From: Auanema rhodensis | Lineage: Eukaryota > Animalia > Nematoda | Length of the DNA: 64,000 nt | Assembly (NCBI GenBank): GCA_964057225.1 | Contig: OZ059896.1 | Location: 13,082,001-13,146,000 of the forward strand | Direction of reading: 5' to 3' | In this document: piece after piece, positions 30,301 through 39,337 of the stretch | Layout: every line of letters begins with the position of its first letter | Position numbering within the stretch: the first letter of the stretch is position 1 | Translations under genes and position numbers: made by a program | The notes under the pieces: generated by a model | What the model was told of the DNA's origin: nothing | What the model saw: only the letters and a program-made list of their open reading frames with translations | The model's database searches: none

Positions 30301-33300
30301 TTAATTAGCATAAATTAAAGTTCACGTAAATTTCAAAGTCATGGTTACCATGCACCAATATCAATAAAATTTTGTTCTTAGACTAATATGGACATGGGTA
30401 ATCTAATTTTGAAAACCGCATTTCTTTATCTTTCACGGGAAGCGAGTCACATACCATGTGCACATCACGTGTACAATTAATTAGCATAAATTAAAGTTCA
30501 CGTAAAGTTCAAAGTCATGGTTACCATGTATCAATAAAAATTTGTTATTAGACTAATATAGACATGAGGAATCTAACTTTGAAAATCGCATCTCTTTATC
30601 TTTAACGGGAAGCGAGTTACATACCATGTGCACATCACGTGTACAATTAATTAGCATAAATTAAAGTTCACGTAAATTTCAAAGTCATGGTTACCATGCA
30701 CCAATATCAATAAAACTTTGTTCTCAGACTAATATGGACATGGGTAATCTAATTTTGATAACCGCATCTCTTTATCTTTCACGGGAAGCGAGTCACATAC
30801 CATGGGCACATCACGTGTACAATTAATTAGCATAAATTAAAGTTCACGTAAAGTTTAAAGTCATGGTTACCATGCACCAATATCAATAAAAATTTGTTCT
30901 TAGATTAATATGGACATGGGTAATCTAATTTTGAAAACCGCATTTCTTTGTCTTTCACGGGAAGCGAGTCACATACCATGTGCACATCACGTGTACAATT
31001 AATTAGCATAAATTAAAGTTCACGTAAAGTTCAAAGTCATGGTTACCATGCACCAATATCGATAAAAATTTGTTCTTAGATTAATATGGACATGGGTAAT
31101 CTAATTTTGAAAACCACATTTCTTTATCTTTCACGGGAAGCGAGTCACATACCATGTGCACATCACGTGTACAATTAATTAGCATAAATTAAAGTTCACG
31201 TTAATTTCAAAGTCATGGTTACCATGCACCAATATCGATAAAAATTTGTTCTTAGATTACTATGGACATGGGTAATCTAATTTTGAAAACCGCATTTCTT
31301 TATCTTTCACGGGAAGCGAGTTACATACCATGTGCACATCACGTGTACAATTAAATAGCAAAAATTAAAGTTCACGTAAATTTCAAAGTCATGGTTACCA
31401 TGTATCAATAAAAATTTGTTATTAGACTAATATAGACATGAGGAATCTAATTTTGAAAATCGCATCTCTTTATCTTTAACGGGAAGCGAGTTACATACCA
31501 TGTGCACATCACGTGTACAATTAATTAGCATAAATTAAAGTTCACGTTAATTTCAAAGTCATGGTTAACATGCACCAATATCGATAAAAATTTGTACTTA
31601 GACTAATATGGACATGGGGAATCTAATTTTGATAACCGCATCTCTCTATCTTTCACGGGAAGCGAGTCACATACCATGTGCACATCACGTGTACAATTAA
31701 TTAGCATAAATTAAAGTTCACGTAAAGTTCAAAGTCATGGTTACCATGCACCAATATCAATAAAAATTTGTTCTTAGATTAATATGGACATGGGTAATCT
31801 AATTTTGAAAACCGCATTTCTTTGTCTTTCACGGGAAGCGAGTCACATACCATGTGCACATCACGTGTACAATTAATTAGCATAAATTAAAGTTCACGTA
31901 AAGTTCAAAGTCATGGTTACCATGCACCAATATCGATAAAAATTTGTTCTTAGATTAATATGGACATGGGTAATCTAATTTTGAAAACCACATTTTTTTA
32001 TCTTTCACGGGAAGCGAGTCACATACCATGTGCACATCACGTGTACAATTAATTAGCATAAATTAAAGTTCACGTTAATTTCAAAGTCATGGTTACCATG
32101 CACCAATATCGATAAAAATTTGTTCTTAGATTAATATGGACATGGGTAATCTAATTTTGAAAACCGCATTTCTTTATCTTTCACGGGAAGCGAGTTACAT
32201 ACCATGTGCACATCACGTGTACAATTAATTAGCAAAAATTAAAGTTCACGTAAATTTCAAAGTCATGGTTACCATGTATCAATAAAAAATTGTTATTAGA
32301 CTAATATAGACATGAGGAATCTAATTTTGAAAATCGCATCTCTTTATCTTTAACGGGAAGCGAGTTACATACCATGTGCACATCACGTGTACAATTAATT
32401 AGCATAAATTAAAGTTCACGTTAATTTCAAAGTCATGGTTACCATGCACCAATATCGATAAAAATTTGTTCTTAGATTAATATGGACATGGGTAATCTAA
32501 TTTTGAAAACCACATTTTTTTATCTTTCACGGGAAGCGAGTCACATACCATGTGCACATCACGTGTACAATTAATTAGCATAAATTAAAGTTCACGTTAA
32601 TTTCAAAGTCATGGTTACCATGCACCAATATCGATAAAAATTTGTTCTTAGATTAATATGGACATGGGTAATCTAATTTTGAAAACCGCATTTCTTTATC
32701 TTTCACGGGAAGCGAGTTACATACCATGTGCACATCACGTGTACAATTAATTAGCAAAAATTAAAGTTCACGTAAATTTCAAAGTCATGGTTACCATGTA
32801 TCAATAAAAAATTGTTATTAGACTAATATAGACATGAGGAATCTAATTTTGAAAATCGCATCTCTTTATCTTTAACGGGAAGCGAGTTACATACCATGTG
32901 CACATCACGTGTACAATTAATTAGCATAAATTAAAGTTCACGTTAATTTCAAAGTCATGGTTACCATGCACCAATATCGATAAAAATTTGTACTTAGACT
33001 AATATGGACATGGGGAATCTAATTTTGATAACCGCATCTCTTTATCTTTCACGGGAAGCGAGTCACATACCATGTGCACATCACGTGTACAATTAATTAG
33101 CATAAATTAAAGTTCACGTAAAGTTCAAAGTCATGGTTACCATGCACCAATATCAATAAAAATTTGTTCTTAGATTAATATGGACATGGGTAATCTAATT
33201 TTGAAAACCGCATTTCTTTGTCTTTCACGGGAAGCGAGTCACATACCATGTGCACATCACGTGTACAATTAATTAGCATAAATTAAAGTTCACGTAAAGT

Positions 33301-34200
33301 TGAAAGTCATGGTTACCATGCACCAATATCGATAAAAATTTGTTCTTAGATTAATATGGACATGGGTAATCTAATTTTGAAAACCACATTTCTTTATCTT
33401 TCACGGGAAGCGAGTCACATACCATGTGCACATCACGTGTACAATTAATTAGCATAAATTAAAGTTCACGTTAATTTCAAAGTCATGGTTACCATGCACC
33501 AATATCGATAAAAATTTGTTCTTAGATTAATATGGACATGGGTAATCTAATTTTGAAAACCGCATTTCTTTATCTTTCACGGGAAGCGAGTTACATACCA
33601 TGTGCACATCACGTGTACAATTAATTAGCAAAAATTAAAGTTCACGTAAATTTCAAAGTCATGGTTACCATGTATCAATAAAAATTTGTTATTAGACTAA
33701 TATAGACATGAGGAATCTAATTTTGAAAATCGCATCTCTTTATCTTTAACGGGAAGCGAGTTACATACCATGTGCACATCACGTGTACAATTAATTAGCA
33801 TAAATTAAAGTTCACGTTAATTTCAAAGTCATGGTTACCATGCACCAATATCGATAAAAATTTGTACTTAGACTAATATGGACATGGGGAATCTAATTTT
33901 GAAAACCGCATCTCTTTATCTTTAACGGGAAGCGAGTTATATATCATGTGCACATCACGTGTACAATTAATTCGCATAAATTAAAGTTCACGTAAATTTC
34001 AAAGTCATGGTTACCATGTATCAATAAAAATTTGTTATTAGACTAATATAGACATGAGGAATCTAATTTTGAAAATCGCATCTCTTTATCTTTAACGGGA
34101 AGCGAGTTACATACCATGTGCACATCACGTGTACAATTAATTAGCATAAATTAAAGTTCACGTTAATTTCAAAGTCATGGTTACCATGCACCAATATCGA
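27400..34200 (+). repeat. 874-bp 5-mer HOR containing a 170-bp deleted monomer (interrupted; ends approximate)
   Basis: AGCAAAAATTAA variant at 28031/28905, 31359/32233 and 32755/33629. Each pair is 874 bp apart (5x176-6). Confidence 0.8.
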
Positions 34201-35953
34201 TAAAAATTTGTACTTAGACTAATATGGACATGGGGAATCTAATTTTGAAAACCGCATCTCTTTATCTTTAACGGGAAGCGAGTTATATATCATGTGCACA
34301 TCACGTGTACAATTAATTCGCATAAATTAAAGTTCACGTAAATTTCAAAGTCATGGTTACCATGCACCAATATGAATACAAATTTGTTATTAGACTAATA
34401 TGGACATGAGGAATCTAATTTTGAGAACCGCATCTCTTTTATCTTTAACGGGAAGCGAGTTACATACCATGTGCACATCACGTGTACAATTAATTAGCAT
34501 AAATTAAAGTTCACGTAAAGTTCAAAGTCATGGTTACCATGCACCAATATCAATAAAAATTTGTTCTTAGACTAATATGGACATGGGTAATCTATTTTTG
34601 AAAACCGCATCTCTTTATCTTTAACGGGAAGCGAGTTACATACCATGTGCACATCACGTGTACAATTAATTCGCATAAATTAAAGTTCACGTAAATTTCA
34701 AAGTCATGGTTACCATGCACCAATATCAATAAAACTTTGTTCTCAGACTAATATGGACATGGGTAATCTAATTTTGAGAACTGCATCTCTTTATCTTTCA
34801 CGTAAAGCGAGTTACATACCAAGTGCAAATCACGTGTACAATTAATTAGCATAAATTAAAGTTCACGTAAATTTCAAAGTCATGGTTACCATGCACCAAT
34901 ATGAATACAAATTTGTTATTAGACTAATATGGACATGAGGAATCTAATTTTGAGAACCGCATCTCTTTTATCTTTAACGGGAAGCGAGTTACATACCATG
35001 TGCAAATCACGTGTACAATTAATTAGCATAAATTAAAGTTCACGTAAATTTCAAAGTCATGGTTACCATGCACCAATATCAATAAAATTTTGTTCTTAGA
35101 CTAATATGGACATGGGTAATCTAATTTTGAAAACCGCATTTCTTTATCTTTCACGGGAAGCGAGACATACCATGTGCACATCACGTGTACAATTAATTAG
35201 CATAAATTAAAGTTCACGTAAATTTCAAAGTCATGGTTACCATGCACCAATATCAATAAAATTTTGTTCTTAGACTAATATGGACATGGGTAATCTAATT
35301 TTGAAAACCGCATTTCTTTATCTTTCACGGGAAGCGAGACATACCATGTGCACATCACGTGTACAATTAATTAGCATAAATTAAAGTTCACGTAAATTTC
35401 AAAGTCATGGTTACCATGCACCAATATCAATAAAACTTTGTTCTCAGACTAATATGGACATGGGTAATCTAATTTTGAAAACCGCATCTCTTTATCTTTC
35501 ACGGGAAGCGAGTCACATACCATGTGCACATCACGTGTACAATTAATTAGCATAAATTAAAGTTCACGTAAATTTCAAAGTCATGGTTACCATGCACCAA
35601 TATCAATAAAAATTTGTTCTTAGATTAATATGGACATGGGTAATCTAATTTTGAAAACCGCATTTCTTTGTCTTTCGCGGGAAGCGAGTCACATACCATG
35701 TGCACATCACGTGTACAATTAATTAGCATAAATTAAAGTTCACGTAAAGTTCAAAGTCATGGTTACCATGCACCAATATCAATAAAAATTTGTTCTTAGA
35801 CTAATATGGACATGGGTAATCTAATTTTGAAAACCGCATTTCTTTATCTTTCACGGGAAGCGAGTTACATACCATGTGCACATCACGTGTACAATTAATT
35901 AGCATAAATTAAAGTTCACGTTAATTTCAAAGTCATGGTTACCATGCACCAAT

Positions 35954-37068
35954 CTATTCTTGATAAGTTTACCAAGAGAATGTGAAAGTTTTTTACGACG
36001 AGATTCATCATGATGATGATAAGAACAACTGAGTTTTTTTATATGAGATGAGAGTTTTAAAATATCTCGGTCAATCTTCTTTTTTCTTCTTTCTTGTTTT
36101 TTGGGAACGCAGCTATCAATGACCGAGTGAAGAATGTGAACAAGTTTAGAGTAAGAATCTAAAGGAGTGAGACCGGAGAGATGATTAGCGAAATCAATTT
36201 TGGCTAGTCTATGATTGATGAGATTGTAGTCAGCAGCTTGAAAATTGCGATCAGAAAACATAGGTAATGCTACCGGAGACAAAGTATTAGAAGAGCTGAT
36301 TGTATTAGCTAACTGAAAAGAGTCTGAAACAATTTGGAAAACCACAGAATGGTGATCCGAGGAGCCGAGGGGGGAAGAACGGGATATGTTGTCTACACTG
36401 GATATGTTATCAGTGATAACATAATCAAGAATGTTCTTGCCTCTGGTAGGGAACTTTACCAACTGATGAGAACAGCTATCGTTGAGAAATTGAAGAATAG
36501 ATCTACTAGAGGAGCATGGTTGAGAGCAAATACCAAGGTCCCAGTTGATTTTAGGAAAATTTAGATCGCCCGTTAGGAAGAACGATCGTTTGGAAATTTG
36601 TTTACGTAGATCAGAAAGAAACGAAATGAAATCTGAATGAGAAGCTGTTGGAGGACGATAACAAAGTGAGAAAACAGCATTAAGTGAAGGTATGAGTAAG
36701 TTAATGAATTGTATAGAAGATTGAGGAGAAGAACAGGAAAGAAGAAAAGGTTTGATATGACTTTTAATATAGAGGACAACACCACCACCACGTGAGAGAC
36801 ACCTATCGGCTCTAAAAATAGTGTAAGTATCTTTACATGGGAGTAGGTGGGTATCGAACTCAGGAAAAAGCCATGATTCTGATATTGCAATTATATCAGG
36901 AGTGGATAAAGAAATAACGTGGGATAGTATATGAAGTTTGTTAAGAATAGAACGTGCATTAAAACACTGAAATGAGAGGCTGGTAGGATGTGAGACAGGG
37001 GGGGTTGAAGACGTGACAGTGTTAACGAAAGGACATTTTGTCAGACGTGAGACGTTGAGATGTATTGT
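35954..37068 (-). pseudogene. LINE ORF2 N-terminus: apurinic/apyrimidinic-like endonuclease (APE) plus linker, truncated before reverse transcriptase
   Basis: The frame of track ORF 35899..36462 stays open a further 202 codons upstream, to a TGA at 37071-37069. Manual translation: ...SFQCFNARSILNKL...PDIIAISESWL...IFRADRCLSRGGGVVLYIK...CYRPP...FLTGDLNFPKINW...QLVKFPTRGKNILDYVIT...PLGSSDHHSV. These are the canonical APE motifs (N, E, GGGV, YRPP, GD.N, D, SDH). The last ~17 aa of the track ORF are satellite read-through. Confidence 0.93.
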
Positions 37069-37201
37069 TCATGCTAACAGATCTGGTATTTTGATCTGTG
37101 GTTAATTTTGCGGATCGTGGTGGATTTTTGCGACGTCTTGGGCTAACAGAAGAACGCTTGTCTTTTGACGTGCGGTTCTGTCTTTCCTTCGACCGGCTCA
37201 T
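37022..37201 (-). CDS. 59-aa basic Arg/Ser-rich ORF between ORF1 and ORF2; probably the frameshifted C-terminus of ORF1
   Basis: ATG at 37201-37199 overlaps the ORF1 stop (ATGA). Reads MSRSKERQNRTSKDKRSSVSPRRRKNPPRSAKLTTDQNTRSVSMNNTSQRLTSDKMSFR*. One extra base in the G5 run at 37218-37222 would fuse it to ORF1. Confidence 0.5.
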   Translation of the reverse strand: MSRSKERQNRTSKDKRSSVSPRRRKNPPRSAKLTTDQNTRSVSMNNTSQRLTSDKMSFR

Positions 37202-38085
37202 TCTACCAGATTTACAAGGGGGCTAGAAAAAAGAGTTGGGGATGTGAGAGTTTGAGAATGGAGTGTTGGTAATGGAACGTTGTGAATAGATGGTATTTTA
37301 GGAGTTTGATTACAAGAAGAAGTAGGAGCTATTTGAGGGTTTGGAGGATCGGCTGGATTGCGGGAAATTTCAATAAGTCGAAGATCTCGTACCAAAAAGA
37401 CAGACTTAGTGTTGTTTTTGTTTTTTTCTTTTGCTTCCTCGCGAAGGTTGTTTTCCAGTTGAATTTCAGAAGGAAGATAGTCGCGACGTACAAAAGTTTT
37501 AGATAAAGATTCGAAACATTTAGTCTTATTTGCTTTGATAGATGTTATGATCTTATCCCGCAATTCAACCGATGGACAAGTAATAATGAGTGGGCCTGGG
37601 GATTTAGATTTAAGGATGCAACGTGTAATGGTTATTTGGTTAGTGTTAAGGAGAGTTGACAAAGTAGTGTCGTTGGATTTCTCAATGACCAGTTTCAGTA
37701 AAGAAGAAGGGTCAGAAGGTAAATCCGGGCAAGAGACTGGTACACGGAACCAGAGGGCTCTCTTACAACGATAATCGTACTTTGTCTCCTCTGATCTAAT
37801 TTTTTGGATTTGGCATGCAACATTGGAAGAAGAAAGAAGAGGTGAGTTATGGGTGGTGTTAGGAATAGTGCAAGAGAGTTGAGTTAACTTCTGCTCCAAC
37901 TTATCGAGACGCGATTTGAAATTGGTTTCGATGAGTTTTATGCGTGAGTCATGCGATGCAACTGCGGTTTTGATACTACTGAGCTCGTGTCTTATTTGTA
38001 CTGAAAGTTCAGCAAAAGAGTTATGTAAAGAATCGGAAAGTGATTCGAGGGCAGTAGTAAGAAACTCGTTAGTTACGTGAGACAT
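37198..38085 (-). CDS. LINE ORF1 protein (N-terminal coiled coil, RRM-like region, C-terminal domain)
   Basis: 295-aa ATG-initiated ORF directly upstream of the APE frame. Heptad-rich N-terminus (LSSIKTAVASHDSRIKLIETNFKSRLDKLEQKL). Motifs PGPLIITCPSVELRDKII and FVRRDYLPSEIQLENNLREEAKEKN...FLVRDLRL resemble ORF1 of invertebrate (notably nematode) CR1-type LINEs, recognised from memory. Pro/Ser/Thr-rich tail. Confidence 0.85.
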   Translation of the reverse strand: MSHVTNEFLTTALESLSDSLHNSFAELSVQIRHELSSIKTAVASHDSRIKLIETNFKSRLDKLEQKLTQLSCTIPNTTHNSPLLSSSNVACQIQKIRSEETKYDYRCKRALWFRVPVSCPDLPSDPSSLLKLVIEKSNDTTLSTLLNTNQITITRCILKSKSPGPLIITCPSVELRDKIITSIKANKTKCFESLSKTFVRRDYLPSEIQLENNLREEAKEKNKNNTKSVFLVRDLRLIEISRNPADPPNPQIAPTSSCNQTPKIPSIHNVPLPTLHSQTLTSPTLFSSPLVNLVE

Positions 38086-38256
38086 AGTTAAGTAATAGAA
38101 GGTAAAAAGAATGAAATAAGAGACAAGTAAGGAGAGAAAAAAAAAGAAGAGTTTTGGAAAAAAGAAAGATAGAAATGGGAAAAAAGAGCGTACCTTGAAA
38201 AACCAGTCCGGCGTTAGTATTAAACTGAGAGTACGAGTAGGAGCCGACCAACCAGG
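38086..38256 (-). promoter_or_regulatory. LINE 5' UTR unique part with long polypyrimidine tract
   Basis: Lies between the tandem repeats and the ORF1 ATG. The sense strand is mostly T/C over ~38090-38190. Confidence 0.65.
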
Positions 38257-38631
38257 ATGAGGTCAAATCGCGGAATGAGGTCAAATCGCGGAATGAGGTT
38301 AAATCGCGGAATGAGGTTAAATCGCGGAATGAGGTCAAATCGCGGAATGAGGTCAAATCGCGGAATGAGGTCAAATCGCGGAATGAGGTCAAATCGCGGA
38401 ATGAGGTCAAATCGCGGAATGAATCGCGGAATGAGAGGTCAAATCGCGGAATGAGAGGTCAAATCGCGGAATGAGGTCAAATCGCGGAATGAGGTCAAAT
38501 CGCGGAATGAGAGGTCAAATCGCGGAATGAGAGGTCAAATCGGGGAATGAGGTCAAATCGCGGAATGAGAGGTCAAATCGCGGAATATGAGGTCAAATCG
38601 CGGAATGAGGTCAAATCGCGGAATGAGAGGT
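38257..38631 (-). repeat. 18-20-bp minisatellite (ATGAGGTCAAATCGCGGA on +), ~20 copies, at the 5' end of the LINE
   Basis: Units start at 38257, 38275, 38293 and so on. Variants have +GA or +AT (20 bp), one 12-bp deleted unit (38419), GGTTAAAT and TCGGGGA. Confidence 0.97.
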
Positions 38632-39166
38632 GACACGTGATGTGCACATGGTATGTAACTCGCTTCCCGTTAAAGATAAAGAGATGCGGTTTTCAAAATT
38701 AGATTACCCATGTCCATATTAGTCTAAGAACAAATTTTCATTGATATTGGTGCATGGTAACCATGACTTTGAAATTTACGTGAACTTTAATTTATGCTAA
38801 TTAATTGCACACGTGATGTGCACATGGTATGTAACTCGCTTCCCGTTAAAGATAAAGAGATGCGGTTCTCAAAATTAGTTTACCCATGTTCATATTAGTC
38901 TGAGAACAAATTTTTATTGATATTGGTTCATGGTAACCATGACTTTGAAATTTACGTGAACTTTAATTTATGCTAATTAATTGTACACGTGATGTGCACA
39001 TGGTATGTAACTCGCTTCCCGTTAAAGATAAAGAGATGCGGTTTTCAAAATTAGATTACCCATGTCCATATTAGTCTAAGTACAAATTTTTATTGATATT
39101 GGTTCATGGTAACCATGACTTTGAAATTTACGTGAACTTTAATTTATGCTAATTAATTGTACACGT

Positions 39167-39337
39167 TTGAACGGGTTTATTGTTCGAATCACAGGTTATA
39201 ATCGGAAAACAAGGCTAATAAATCGGGAAAATTGCAGATATTCAAAAGAACCTTACAATACAAACATACTTGTAATAATTGACTAAATATATGTACAAGA
39301 AACAGGTTCAGCATATTTCCTTTTACAATGATATAAA
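39167..39337 (-). mobile_element. 171-bp insert copy 1 (probable 5'-truncated LINE 3' UTR), ACGT TSD
   Basis: TGTAC-ACGT|TTGAACGGGTTTATTG...GATATAAA|ACGT-GATGTG. The - strand is T-rich and ends AATAAA-CCCGTTCAA. Private variant AAGGCTAATA. Confidence 0.75.

Larger units (their letters stand above)
1..35953 (+). repeat. 176-bp tandem satellite array, forward orientation (~204 monomers; length variants 170/174/175/177 bp), with HORs
   Basis: TAATATGGACATG recurs at 1, 177, 354 and onward. Near-invariant core ATGTGCACATCACGTGTACAATTAATTAGCATAAATTAAAGTTCACGT...AAAGTCATGGTTACCATGCACCAAT. The array ends abruptly at ...ACCATGCACCAAT (35953). Confidence 0.99.
35954..38632 (-). mobile_element. 3'-truncated non-LTR retrotransposon (LINE, CR1-like): 5' tandem repeats + 5' UTR + ORF1 + APE endonuclease part of ORF2; RT and 3' end missing
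   Basis: The only long non-satellite block. Two-ORF layout on the - strand with a full set of APE motifs read by hand. No RT motifs before the sequence fuses into satellite. The clade call is from motif recognition, not from a search. Confidence 0.93.

Noticed and set aside
1-35953. Identity with Brassica CentBr (176 bp), Arabidopsis CEN178 or primate alpha satellite
   Set aside because: Similar length only; I recognise no sequence resemblance, and CR1-type LINEs point away from land plants. Not verified by search.
35899-36462. 187-aa track ORF as a stand-alone gene
   Set aside because: Starts at an internal TTG of the longer ORF2 frame; its C-terminus is satellite read-through across the breakpoint.
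36334-37774. ORFs 36334-36564(+), 36573-36890(-), 37282-37506(+), 37535-37774(+)
   Set aside because: Antisense or alternate-frame shadows of ORF1/ORF2 with no recognisable motifs.
38069-38454. (TSFRDL)n and (MRSNRG)n ORFs
   Set aside because: Artefacts of an 18-bp stop-free repeat; the frame is broken by the 20-bp units.
38257-38631. Minisatellite as an interstitial telomere or fusion scar
   Set aside because: Matches no telomeric repeat I know, is in one orientation only, and is contiguous with the LINE 5' UTR.
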